A stretch of DNA of 64,000 nt, from the NCBI GenBank assembly GCA_937975765.1, contig CALJUR010000048.1, forward strand, positions 23,538-87,537. The letters run 5' to 3'. The stretch is from an uncultured Myxococcales bacterium (lineage in GTDB: Bacteria > Myxococcota_A > UBA9042 > DTJE01). Positions within the stretch are counted from its first letter, which is position 1. Every line of letters starts with the position of its first letter. Positions 1 to 8,802 of the stretch are shown here, in pieces. The notes beneath the pieces are model-generated. The model was not told where the DNA came from, searched no databases, and saw only the letters and a program-made list of their open reading frames with translations. Position numbers and translations under genes: made by a program.

Positions 1-104
1 GCACCCCACTCGGCGAAGACCAGCGCCAGGTCCTTGCCGATCCCGGACGAGGCGCCCGTGATCACGACGTGCTTGCCGCGGTAGAACTCCTGCAGCGACG
101 ACAT
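1..104 (-). CDS. short-chain dehydrogenase/reductase (SDR), N-terminal fragment; gene runs off the window
   Basis: Reverse-complement translation from ATG (104-102) reads MSSLQEFYRGKHVVITGASSGIGKDLALVFAEWG. This contains the TGxxxGxG dinucleotide-binding motif of classical SDRs. Confidence 0.7.
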   Translation of the reverse strand, partial: MSSLQEFYRGKHVVITGASSGIGKDLALVFAEWG

Positions 105-256
105 GCCTACCCCCTTCTTGCGGACGGGCGAGTCCGTCCCGGTGTGATGCGAAAGGATAGAACGGGTCGGGGAATCGACGCAAGATGTCGCAACGCGTCA
201 AATGCCGGAATCCAGGCAACTTGATTCCGCCCCGGCGTGGGTTACACTGCCGGGCG

Positions 257-1240
257 ATGAAGCGGCTGAACCTCGCGTTCTTCGTCGTCGGCCTCGCCTG
301 CCTCGTCCTGACGCTGGTCAAGGTGGGCCTGTCCGCCCTGGTGGACGGGGCCATCCAACTGGGCGGGTGGTTCTGGCCGGTCGCCGCCATCAACCTCGTC
401 TGGTACGCCGCGGACGCGATGGGCTGGGGCCGGGTGCTGGGGCGGGCCGCGCGCTTCCCCGGCCGGACGCACCGCCTCGTCTGGGCGCAGGTCGCCGGCG
501 AGGCCATCAACAACGCCACCCCGCTGATGAACCTGGGCGGCGAGCCGATGAAGGGCCTGCTGCTGCAGGGACGCGTCGCGGGCGACACGATCGTGTCGTC
601 GCTGGTCGTCGACAACACGCTGAAGTACGTCGCCACCCTCGTCTTCCTGGCAGTGGGCCTGGGCCTGTCTCTGCTGGTGCTGGACCTGGCGTGGCAGGTG
701 CAGGTCGGGCTGGTCGTGGCGTTCGCGGCCATCGCCGTGCTGGTCGGGTTGGCCATCGTCGCGCAGAAGAGCGGGATCCTGGAGTGGGGCCTGAAGGCCG
801 CGCGCCGGCTGGGCCTTCCGCAGACGGCCGTCGACAAGAGGATGCCCGCGGCGCAGCGCATCGACGCCGAGATCGGGCGCTTCTGGGGGTCGCGGCGGCG
901 CGACTTCGGCGGCGCGCTGGGCTGGCACCTGGCGTCGCGGCTGATCGCGACGGCGGACGCGGCCGTGCTGCTGTACCTGCTGGGGTGCCCGGTCGGCGCG
1001 CTGCAGGCGCTGTTCATCCAGACCATCAGCGTGCTGCTGAACCTGGTCTTCGCGTTCATCCCGCTGCAGATCGGCGCGGCCGAGGGCGGCCACTACTTCC
1101 TGTTCCAGGCGATCGGGATGGACCCGGCGACGGGCGTCGTGTTCAGCCTCGTGCGGCGCGTCCGCGGGCTGCTGTGGATCGGCGTCGGCCTGCTGGTCGT
1201 GCTGGTGCTGTCGCGCCGGAGGACCGCCGATGCCGCGTGA
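257..1240 (+). CDS. polytopic membrane protein, flippase-like / lysyl-PG-synthase-TM-like (UPF0104) family
   Basis: ORF 185-1240, with the start moved to ATG 257 (MKRLNLAFFVVGLACLVL). Multiple hydrophobic helices and G/C-rich third codon positions. Its stop overlaps the start of the next gene. Family call is from overall resemblance only. Confidence 0.6.
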   Translation: MKRLNLAFFVVGLACLVLTLVKVGLSALVDGAIQLGGWFWPVAAINLVWYAADAMGWGRVLGRAARFPGRTHRLVWAQVAGEAINNATPLMNLGGEPMKGLLLQGRVAGDTIVSSLVVDNTLKYVATLVFLAVGLGLSLLVLDLAWQVQVGLVVAFAAIAVLVGLAIVAQKSGILEWGLKAARRLGLPQTAVDKRMPAAQRIDAEIGRFWGSRRRDFGGALGWHLASRLIATADAAVLLYLLGCPVGALQALFIQTISVLLNLVFAFIPLQIGAAEGGHYFLFQAIGMDPATGVVFSLVRRVRGLLWIGVGLLVVLVLSRRRTADAA

Positions 1241-3164
1241 GACCTCCCCCCGGAAGGCCCTCGTCAACGCGTGGGCGATCGTGCTGGTCCTGGTCGCGTC
1301 CGCGGCCACGGTGCAGTGGACGTCGCAGTCGCGCCTGGGCCCCGTCAACGACGAACTGGCGAACTTCCCGTCCGGCCTCGCGCTGGTGACCACCGGCGTG
1401 CAGGCCGACCCGACGCACCCCCCGCTGGCGCGGTACCTGATGGCCGCGCCGCTGCTGGCCGCCGGCGTCGATCCCAAGGCGTCGCACCCGGCGCTGGGCC
1501 GCGACTGGCACGCCTACGGCCGCGAGGTGGCGTTCCGCAACGTCCTGTCGTGGCGTACGGTCCTGGACCTGGCGCGGCTGCCCATCGTGCTGGCCTGCGC
1601 AGCGCTGGTGCTGCTGGCGGCGTTCGAGGCGCGACGGCGCTGGGGCGACGCGGCCGGGCTGGCGACGGCGGCGGTACTGGCCTTCGAGCCGTCGATCCTG
1701 GGCCACGGCGCGCTGGCGACGACCGACCTGGGCATCACGCTGGCGGTCTTCGGGGCGACGATGGCCTTCGACCGGTTCCTGCGGGCGCCGTCGGGGTGGC
1801 GGCTGCTGGGCGTGTCGGCGCTGGTCGCCATCGCCACGCTGACGAAGTTCGCGGGCATCGTGCTGGTGCCGATCTTCGGTGTCGCCTGGTTCATGCACCG
1901 ATGGGTCGTGCGGCGGCGGACGGCCGGGCCGCGGCCGGCGGGTCGCCCCCGGATCCGCGCCGGCTGGTGGGTCGCGGCGGTCCTACTGCCCGTCCTGATG
2001 ACCTGGGCGGCGTACGGATTCGAGGTGTCGTCGATCGGCGAGGACCCGCAGATCCGCGGCCTGCGCGAGGCGGCGGCGGTGCAGAAGGGGATCGCGGACG
2101 CGGCCGCCAAGGTGGGCATGACCGCGGACCAACTGACGAACCTGCCGATCCCGGGCTACTCCTTCCTGAAGGGCTTCGGCGCGCAGATGTTCCACGCCGC
2201 CCGGCAGGACGCCTGGGAGGACAAGGACTTCTACCAGTACCTGGACGGCCGGTACGACCGCAGCGGCTTCCGGACCTACTACCTGTTCACGTTCCTGTAC
2301 AAGTCCACCCTGCCCTCGCTGGCGCTGTGGCTGGCCGTCGCCGGGCTGGCGGCGTGGGACGCCGCGCGCAGGCGGCGGGGCGCGAAGGGTATTTCGGGTT
2401 CGGCCCTTCCGACGAGCGGAGCGGGCGGCGTGCTGGTCCCGGATCCCGACACGCCGGACGCCGACACCGGCAATGCCGACCCTCGGGATGCCGACGCCCT
2501 TGCCGCGGCCCGCGCCCCCTCCTGGCCCGTGCTGGCGGTCGTGCCCGCCCTGTGGTTCGTCGCGTGCTCGATCCAGACCATCAACATCGGCCACCGGTAC
2601 GTGCTGCCGGTGATCCCGTTCCTGTCGATGGGCGCCGGCTGGCTGGTCGCCCGCGCGGTGGGCCTCGCCAAGGAGGGCCTCGGCGTGCGGTCCGCCCCCC
2701 TGTCCTCCCGGCTGGTCCCTGCCCTGCCCGCCGTCGCCGCCATCGCCCTGGTCGTCGCGCACGCCGGCGTCTCGATCGCCGCCGCCCCCGACCACGTCGC
2801 CTGGTTCAACGCGCTGGCCGGCGGCATCGAGGGCGGCCACCGGCACCTCGCCGACAGCAACCTCGACTGGGGCCAGGACCTGCCCCTGCTGGACGCCGAC
2901 GCCCGCGCGACCTGCGTCCCCCCGCGCCGCTGCATCGCCGCCGTGTTCGGCACGGCCCGCCCGGAGGACTACGGCACCCCCGTGGAACCCTGGGTCGAGC
3001 CCGCGGACCCGACCGCCCTCCCCGGCCCGGTCACGTTCTACGTCAGCGAGAACCGGTACCTGCTGCGGTCGATCGCGCACCCCGACGGCCTGTTCCCGTT
3101 CCTGTCGGGCCGCGAACCGGCGCGCCGCGTGGGCGCCTCGATCCGCGTGTACGAGTTCCCGTGA
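1230..3164 (+). CDS. phospholipid-carrier-dependent glycosyltransferase, GT39/ArnT/PMT-like membrane protein
   Basis: 644-aa ORF with GGAGGA upstream of ATG 1230 and an 11-nt overlap with the upstream gene. Many TM helices plus a C-terminal soluble part. An internal acidic P/D/A insert lies near aa 395-430. Confidence 0.55.
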   Translation: MPRETSPRKALVNAWAIVLVLVASAATVQWTSQSRLGPVNDELANFPSGLALVTTGVQADPTHPPLARYLMAAPLLAAGVDPKASHPALGRDWHAYGREVAFRNVLSWRTVLDLARLPIVLACAALVLLAAFEARRRWGDAAGLATAAVLAFEPSILGHGALATTDLGITLAVFGATMAFDRFLRAPSGWRLLGVSALVAIATLTKFAGIVLVPIFGVAWFMHRWVVRRRTAGPRPAGRPRIRAGWWVAAVLLPVLMTWAAYGFEVSSIGEDPQIRGLREAAAVQKGIADAAAKVGMTADQLTNLPIPGYSFLKGFGAQMFHAARQDAWEDKDFYQYLDGRYDRSGFRTYYLFTFLYKSTLPSLALWLAVAGLAAWDAARRRRGAKGISGSALPTSGAGGVLVPDPDTPDADTGNADPRDADALAAARAPSWPVLAVVPALWFVACSIQTINIGHRYVLPVIPFLSMGAGWLVARAVGLAKEGLGVRSAPLSSRLVPALPAVAAIALVVAHAGVSIAAAPDHVAWFNALAGGIEGGHRHLADSNLDWGQDLPLLDADARATCVPPRRCIAAVFGTARPEDYGTPVEPWVEPADPTALPGPVTFYVSENRYLLRSIAHPDGLFPFLSGREPARRVGASIRVYEFP

Positions 3165-3207
3165 TTGCGTTCCGGGGGCCCGTCGTGGCCGCCCGGCCGG
3201 AGGTCGA

Positions 3208-4623
3208 ATGCCCGCCCCGTTCCGACGCGCGATCTTCATGCTGTTCGACGGCGCCCGGTGGGACGTCTTCCAGCAGCTTCTCGACGCCGGCGAACTGCCC
3301 CGCATCCGGCAGCACCTCGCCCCCGACGGCCGCGTCCACCGCGCGGTGGCCTGCTTCCCGACCGTGTCCGGCCCGGCGCACCTGCCCTTCATGACCGGCT
3401 GCTACCCCGGCACGCTGGGCGCCCCCGGCATCTACTGGTTCGACCGCCGCATCCAGGCCGCCACCGGGTCGGTGTTCCAGAGCGTCCGGTCCTACCTGAC
3501 CCTGGCCAAGGTCCGCAACTTCAACCGCGACCTGGCCCCGGGCACGCCCAACCTCGCCGCGGCCTGGCCGGACGTTCGGTACGTCTTCGGCTGGTACACG
3601 CGCGGCAGCCCCCACGGCGCGCTGATGACGCGCGTGACCAAGATCACGTCCTTCGTGCGCGGCTTCCTGACCAAGGACTGGCTGCGCTGCGACGACGACG
3701 CCGAGGCCGTCCAGAACCGCGCCATCGACCTGGGCGGGTCCTTCGTGTTCAGCGTCTTCCCGTCGCCCGACGAGCTGGGCCACCGCTTCGGGCCGACCAC
3801 CGACGAGACGCGCGCCGCGTACCTCAAGATGGACGGCATCATCGGGCGGCTGTTCGACCGGCTGGCCCGCCGCGGCGAGGCCGACTCCACGCTGGTCGTG
3901 CTGTCGTCCGACCACGGCCAGAGCCCGACGCACACGCACTTCCCGCTGGACCGCACGGTCGAGGCGCAGTTCGGCAAGACGCTGGCCTACAAGCGCTGGC
4001 CGACGCCGACCCGCGGCTTCGAGGCCGTCGTGCTGCCCAACGGCAACGGCATGGCGAACGTCTACTTCCGCGGCGACGGCTGGGACCAGGGCCGTCCGGA
4101 CGCGGCGCGATTCTCGGGATTCGCGCAGGGCCTGCTGGCGAACGAGGCCCTGGACCACGTGGCGTGGCGCGGCTCGGACGGCTGGCTGGTCGTGGCGGGG
4201 CACGGCGGCATCGCCCGGATGCGGGAGGTGGCGGGCGGCCTGGAGTACGTCGTGGACGGTCACGACCCCTTCGACTACGGCCCGCTGCCGGCGACGATGG
4301 ACCCGGAGACCGCGCTGCGCCTGACCGCGGACACGCCCTACCCCGACGCGCCGTGGGGCCTGCTGACCTGGGCCCGTTCCCCGCGCGCCGGCGACCTGCT
4401 GGTGACGTCCAAGGTCGGTTTCGACCTGCGCGACTGGTTCGAATACCAGGAACCCCACGGCACGCACGGCGGCCTGCACGCGGAACACTCCCGCGTCCCC
4501 GTCCTGTGCAACGCCCCCCTCGCCGACGGACCCATGCGCACCGTCGACGTCTACCCGACCATGGTCGCCCTGACCGGCCGCCCCCTCCCCCCCGGCGTCG
4601 AAGGCGTCTCCCGGGTTCCCTGA
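3208..4623 (+). CDS. type I phosphodiesterase / nucleotide pyrophosphatase (alkaline-phosphatase superfamily)
   Basis: Motifs FDGARWD, FPTVSGPAHLPFMTG, LSSDHGQS and HGTHGGLH match the metal and nucleophile signature of the family. GGAGGT precedes ATG 3208. Confidence 0.75.
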   Translation: MPAPFRRAIFMLFDGARWDVFQQLLDAGELPRIRQHLAPDGRVHRAVACFPTVSGPAHLPFMTGCYPGTLGAPGIYWFDRRIQAATGSVFQSVRSYLTLAKVRNFNRDLAPGTPNLAAAWPDVRYVFGWYTRGSPHGALMTRVTKITSFVRGFLTKDWLRCDDDAEAVQNRAIDLGGSFVFSVFPSPDELGHRFGPTTDETRAAYLKMDGIIGRLFDRLARRGEADSTLVVLSSDHGQSPTHTHFPLDRTVEAQFGKTLAYKRWPTPTRGFEAVVLPNGNGMANVYFRGDGWDQGRPDAARFSGFAQGLLANEALDHVAWRGSDGWLVVAGHGGIARMREVAGGLEYVVDGHDPFDYGPLPATMDPETALRLTADTPYPDAPWGLLTWARSPRAGDLLVTSKVGFDLRDWFEYQEPHGTHGGLHAEHSRVPVLCNAPLADGPMRTVDVYPTMVALTGRPLPPGVEGVSRVP

Positions 4624-4652
4624 TTTCGCAACGTACTTTCGAGGAGGTTCCA

Positions 4653-4847
4653 ATGTCCGATTACAGCAGTTGTCCCCGGTGCGGCAGGCGCGCGGAGAAG
4701 GCCCTGTCCTCCAACCACTTCCCCGTCATGAAGTGCCTCAAGTGCGGCGAGAAGTACTGCTACAAGTGCAGCGGCTCGGACGGCGGCCACCGCTGCCCCT
4801 CCTGCGGCTCCCACGACCGCATGGAGGTCGGCAAGGTCTACGCGTGA
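4653..4847 (+). CDS. small double zinc-ribbon protein (64 aa, four CxxC pairs)
   Basis: MSDYSSCPRCGRRAEKALSSNHFPVMKCLKCGEKYCYKCSGSDGGHRCPSCGSHDRMEVGKVYA. Strong GAGGAGG lies 5 nt upstream of ATG 4653. It is the last gene of the plus-strand operon. Confidence 0.65.
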   Translation: MSDYSSCPRCGRRAEKALSSNHFPVMKCLKCGEKYCYKCSGSDGGHRCPSCGSHDRMEVGKVYA

Positions 4848-5173
4848 TTCGCCTTCCCGGCCTTCCGCTTCGTGCCCGCGGTTCGACCCGGCTTGCCCCG
4901 GGGCTTCCCGACCCCCTTCCCTTCCGTCGTCGCCGCGTCCAGCGCCCGCAACGCAGCCTCGTCCCGTTCGGAGCGGAGCCATTCGCGGATCTCGCCTTCC
5001 TTCAGTCCGGCATCCACGCCGGGGACGTCCAGGGGGGACGCGACCTGTTTCGCCGGAAGCAGGATGAACAACTGCCCGTCGCGCCGCCGGATCTGGACGC
5101 ATCCGGAACGCCGGGCCTCGTCTAGGACCCCGGCGAACTGCTGGCGGGCCTCGGAATACGTGTACGTCTTCAT
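4838..5173 (-). CDS. Phd/YefM-family type II antitoxin with a long basic C-terminal tail
   Basis: MKTYTYSEARQQFAGVLDEARRSGCVQIRRRDGQLFILLP is a typical Phd/YefM N-terminus. The start lies 1 nt after the PIN gene stop. The tail is KGVGKPRGKPGRTAGTKRKAGK. Confidence 0.7.
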   Translation of the reverse strand: MKTYTYSEARQQFAGVLDEARRSGCVQIRRRDGQLFILLPAKQVASPLDVPGVDAGLKEGEIREWLRSERDEAALRALDAATTEGKGVGKPRGKPGRTAGTKRKAGKANHA

Positions 5174-5174
5174 C

Positions 5175-5582
5175 TCAGACCTCCAGGCTCTCGACACCGA
5201 CCTGCCGGGCCGCGTTCGACAGTTCCCGGTCCAGCGTCAGCAACGGGAGCCGACGGGACATCGCCGCCTCCAACAGGTACGCGTCGTAGGCGTACAGGCC
5301 ATGCTCCATGGCCAGCAGCAGCGCCCTGCGAACATCGACCTCGATCAGCCGCAACGGGATCCCCTGGAACGACGCCCAGGCCAGCTCGACCTGGTCCTTC
5401 GCCAGGCGCTTCCGTCGCCAGCCCGCCACCAGGGCATTGCCGATTTCCCAGGGCGTCGAGGCGGGCGACAGCAGGGAAGCACCCGCGGTCAAGGCGATCA
5501 ACGAGTCGCGTCTCGGTTCGCGCAGCAGCACCGCCAGGATGGCGGAAGCATCGATGACGACCGGCAACTGCCCCTCCATCAT
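5175..5582 (-). CDS. vapC: PIN-domain ribonuclease toxin (VapC-like)
   Basis: MMEGQLPVVIDASAILAVLL...AYDAYLLEAA...LLTLDREL carries the acidic PIN residues (D near the N-terminus, E, D, D). The start is set at the ATG pair 5582/5579; the upstream part of the 201-aa ORF looks non-coding. Confidence 0.75.
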   Translation of the reverse strand: MMEGQLPVVIDASAILAVLLREPRRDSLIALTAGASLLSPASTPWEIGNALVAGWRRKRLAKDQVELAWASFQGIPLRLIEVDVRRALLLAMEHGLYAYDAYLLEAAMSRRLPLLTLDRELSNAARQVGVESLEV

Positions 5583-5594
5583 TCGTACATTTGT

Positions 5595-5623
5595 ACAATA
5601 GCGATCGGGCGCACCCCAGTCAA
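5595..5623 (-). promoter_or_regulatory. sigma-70-like promoter of the PIN/Phd operon, giving a near-leaderless mRNA
   Basis: The minus strand reads TTGACT, 17 nt, TATTGT, 12 nt, ATG. The palindrome TTGTACAA (5591-5598) overlaps the -10 element. No SD sequence is present. Confidence 0.5.
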
Positions 5624-5839
5624 TCCGCTCGCCCCGACACCCCCCGTCCTCCCGCACCCGCGGGGGGTTTTCCGCTCCGCCACGGATAAAGGACATGGCC
5701 GGATCGGGCGATGTCTGGTACTCATCCCCCCTGGGATGATGGTGGGCCCCGCCTTTCCAGGCGACGGAGGTGGAATTCACCGAGTGCTACAGTTCATGGG
5801 ATTTCTTTGAAGACTTGATCCTGTTCCTGCCGCTGTCTC

Positions 5840-6610
5840 ATGAACTTTGGGAACCCCCTCTTTCGCCTGTCAGTCGCCTGCCGCCCACGACGATACGTGG
5901 ATGTGGTGGTGATCGAGCCGTTTCGGGGAGTACAACAGGGCCCACTCCGCGTCTTCACTTCCGCCGGATGCACCTGGAGTCCCGATCTCGGCGGGACCAA
6001 CGAGACGTGCACGAACGGCGCCTGCGTCTCGACCTGTGTCTCGAACGACCACACGGAATGCTACAGTGGCGACGTCTACTGGTACAACTCGTGTGGCGTC
6101 CGAGGAACGATCTCGGACTCCTGTGCGTCGGACGAGATCTGCGTGGAGGACGGTTCCTCGGCATCCTGCGAGTCATCCTGCACCGAGACCGACTACTGGA
6201 GCCCGACCTCGGATGTCGATATCGATTACACCGCCCAGGACACCGGTGGCGTGGAGTACACCCTCCCGCTCAGCGTCGAACTGGTGCAGGATGGCTCGGG
6301 GCTGGAATTCCGGGTGTGCAAGGAAGACGACAGCAATTTCTCGGAGAACATCTACATCAACATGTGGGATCTTTCTGGCGGACCCGCCTACCGGGAGATC
6401 GCCCTGTCCACGAAAGGGTACAACTGTTCCTCGTGGGTCGGGCTGCTAAGTGACACAGGCTATGCGGAAGGCGACTATTTCTACGGCGCCTACTACATCG
6501 TTTCTCCGTCCTCGTCAGCCTCCAGTTTCAAGAAGTACTGCGCCGCCAACGGCTCGACCGGGCTGTGCTGGTACGGGGCCTTGGACTCCTTCGATCGCAC
6601 CTGTCGGTAG
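5840..6610 (+). CDS. Cys-rich hypothetical protein, no signal peptide; possibly an N-terminally truncated secreted protein
   Basis: 256-aa ORF in a patch of about 55-62% GC. It has many Cys (CTNGACVSTCVSNDHTECYSGDVYWYNSCG...), unlike the cytoplasmic proteins here. The N-terminus MNFGNPLFRLSVACRPRRY is not a signal or lipobox sequence. Confidence 0.5.
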   Translation: MNFGNPLFRLSVACRPRRYVDVVVIEPFRGVQQGPLRVFTSAGCTWSPDLGGTNETCTNGACVSTCVSNDHTECYSGDVYWYNSCGVRGTISDSCASDEICVEDGSSASCESSCTETDYWSPTSDVDIDYTAQDTGGVEYTLPLSVELVQDGSGLEFRVCKEDDSNFSENIYINMWDLSGGPAYREIALSTKGYNCSSWVGLLSDTGYAEGDYFYGAYYIVSPSSSASSFKKYCAANGSTGLCWYGALDSFDRTCR

Positions 6611-6686
6611 TGCTGGCGCACGCGGCCCTCTGTGCCAGCACAGCGAGGACCCTGCACCCTGAATGCCGAGGGTTCTTCCGACCTGC

Positions 6687-8504
6687 CTACGGCATCGCAC
6701 ACCACGCGTACGGGTACGCTGGGGGGAGGAACGGCACGAGGTCCGGGGCCAGGGTGGCCTTGCCGGCGATCTGGTCGAGGCGGTACACCTTGGCGTCGGG
6801 ACCGCTGCCCAGCTGGAGTTCCTCGAAGGCGGTGACGGAGACGTAGCCGGTGTTGATGGAGCGGTCGGGGGAGACCCACTGGACGAAGAGGGTGCGCTGG
6901 CCCAAGGGGCCCTTGCCGCAGGTGACGCAGTACTTGGCATAGGGATCGACGGCGGACTGGGGGTCCCAGACGGGGTCGCAGGTCGTGCCGGGGTCGGTCA
7001 GGCAGGAACTGGCGTTCTCGCGCATCACCAGCACGAAGCCGCCCTGGTCCAGTTCCTGCGGGACGTCCACGACCGGCGTGTCGGGGGGCACGACCAGGAC
7101 GAGGCGGTCGGTGCCGGGGTCGCCCCAGATGGCGTCGCCGGAACCGCCCCCGCCGAAGAAGTCGCCGCCCATGTAGGGCGTGCTTTCGTTCATCTCCTGC
7201 AGGTACCAGGTCAGCACGTCGTCGCCCAGGCCGCCGAAGAAGCGCAGGTCCTTGATGTTGCCGCCGATGACGCCGAAGTCGTCGCCGTCCAGGGGGTCCA
7301 GCACGTCGGTCCGCCCGCCGTCGCCGTTGCCCGCGTCCAGCGCCGCGGACCGGATGTTGCGCCCGAACAGCCAGTCGCGGCCCGGCCCGGTGTGCACCGT
7401 CATCGAGTAGACCGGGTAGCCGGTCCCGGCGTCGGGCGTGCAGCCGGCCACGACCAGGTCATCGTCGTTCGCGGCGTTCACGTCGGCGGTCGCGCCCGTC
7501 CGGTACTCCAGGCTGTAGGCGACGCCGAACACCAGCACGTCCGGACCGCCGCCGGTGCCGCCGGTGATGCTGTGGATGGCGCCGTCCTGGCCCAGCAGCA
7601 GCAGGTCGGCGCCCGCGGAGCCCTGGAAGTACTCGGCGGCGGCCGCGAAGTCGATCGCGCCGGGGTTCTTCGCCACGAACCTCCATCCGAAGTGCCGGTC
7701 GCAGCCGTCCTTCAGGCGCCAGAATTCGCCCAGGTTGGTGGCGAAGTTGCGCCAGTTGGCCAGGTCGTCGTCCGCGTCGTTCCAGTCCCACCGGCCGGGG
7801 GGCAGGATCGGGGTCGCGTTGCCGCCCACGAGGTGCCCGTCGCCGTACTCGTCGTCGTACAGGCCGGGGATGGGGAAGGCGGCGGGGACCCAGGAGGAAT
7901 CCCAGGCGTAGGCGTTGGGGACGGGGCCGTTCGTCCAGGCGGGATCCTGGAAGCGCCCGGGGATCGCGGCGGCGCAGGGATTGGCGGCGTCGGGGCCGGG
8001 GTCGGAAGCCTCGAGTCCCGGGTCGAGCGGACCAGGGTCCTCCGCGTCGGCCTCCGCGCCGGGATCGGGGATGCCGGGGTCGCCCGGTTCCGCGCCGGGG
8101 TCGGACGGGCCGGGATCGTCGGGACCGGGATCGTCGGGACCGGGATCCTGCGGTGCGTCGGCGTCCGCGACAGCGTCCGGCTCGGCGTCCGCACCCTCGT
8201 CCGGGACCAGCGGGCCGTCCTCGTCCGACCCGAAATCCTCGACGACCGCGTGGTCGTCCAGGATCGCGCCGTCGTCCGGGACCGTGACGTCCTCGCGGCC
8301 CGCCACGTCCTCGCCTGCGGACACGTCCTCGCCAGACGCATCGACGCCCGGGTCCGACACCGCCTCGTCGCCGCCGAGGTCCGTGGTCGCGCCGCCCCCG
8401 CCGCCGCACCCGAAGGCGGCCAGGACCAGCGCCAGCAGGCACGCCGGCGCCAACATCCCCCCCGGGGCGGCCGCACGCGCGCACCTTCCTTCCATCCTTC
8501 GCAT
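6687..8504 (-). CDS. secreted lipoprotein with a long acidic P/D/G/E linker and a G/D-rich (possibly Ca-binding) C-terminal domain
   Basis: Lipobox LVLAAFGCGGGG, then about 140 aa of D/E/P/G/A linker (DPGPDDPGPDDPGPSDPG). The globular part carries GGxGxD-like strings (FFGGLGDDVL, GGGGSGDAIWGD). The start could be any of three in-frame Met codons. Confidence 0.7.
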   Translation of the reverse strand: MRRMEGRCARAAAPGGMLAPACLLALVLAAFGCGGGGGATTDLGGDEAVSDPGVDASGEDVSAGEDVAGREDVTVPDDGAILDDHAVVEDFGSDEDGPLVPDEGADAEPDAVADADAPQDPGPDDPGPDDPGPSDPGAEPGDPGIPDPGAEADAEDPGPLDPGLEASDPGPDAANPCAAAIPGRFQDPAWTNGPVPNAYAWDSSWVPAAFPIPGLYDDEYGDGHLVGGNATPILPPGRWDWNDADDDLANWRNFATNLGEFWRLKDGCDRHFGWRFVAKNPGAIDFAAAAEYFQGSAGADLLLLGQDGAIHSITGGTGGGPDVLVFGVAYSLEYRTGATADVNAANDDDLVVAGCTPDAGTGYPVYSMTVHTGPGRDWLFGRNIRSAALDAGNGDGGRTDVLDPLDGDDFGVIGGNIKDLRFFGGLGDDVLTWYLQEMNESTPYMGGDFFGGGGSGDAIWGDPGTDRLVLVVPPDTPVVDVPQELDQGGFVLVMRENASSCLTDPGTTCDPVWDPQSAVDPYAKYCVTCGKGPLGQRTLFVQWVSPDRSINTGYVSVTAFEELQLGSGPDAKVYRLDQIAGKATLAPDLVPFLPPAYPYAWCAMP

Positions 8505-8643
8505 CGCCCCCTCGTCTCCCGCTTGCCCCGATGATGCACGAAACCCGACCGTCCGGCTACCGGATCGATGCCTTCCCCTGGTAGGCCGGGTGTTCTATGC
8601 TTCGCGCGAAGTCCACCCCCGGGAAGAGAAGCCCAGGCGAGGA

Positions 8644-8730
8644 GGCGGGGGACGGGGCCCCTCACCTGCGTTGGCGGGGGACGGGGCCCCTCACCTGCGT
8701 TGGCGGGGGACGGGGCCCCCGCCCTACAGG
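8644..8730 (+). repeat. three tandem 29-nt REP-like units (two variant copies, one canonical)
   Basis: GGCGGGGGACGGGGCCCCTCACCTGCGTT occurs at 8644-8672 and 8673-8701, then GGCGGGGGACGGGGCCCCCGCCCTACAGG at 8702-8730. Intergenic, upstream of the OPT gene. Confidence 0.9.
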
Positions 8731-8802
8731 GGACAGCGCCCGGTAGCACGCGAACGCGAGGCGGGGGAAAGGTCCCCCGCGCGACGACAAGGAGGATTGC
8801 AG

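Noticed and set aside
5583-5780. N-terminal 66-aa extension of the PIN ORF (MNSTSVAWKGG…), or a hidden upstream antitoxin
   Set aside because: The extension has no PIN or antitoxin-like features and contains the best promoter for the operon. No other ORF with an RBS fits between 5583 and 5840.
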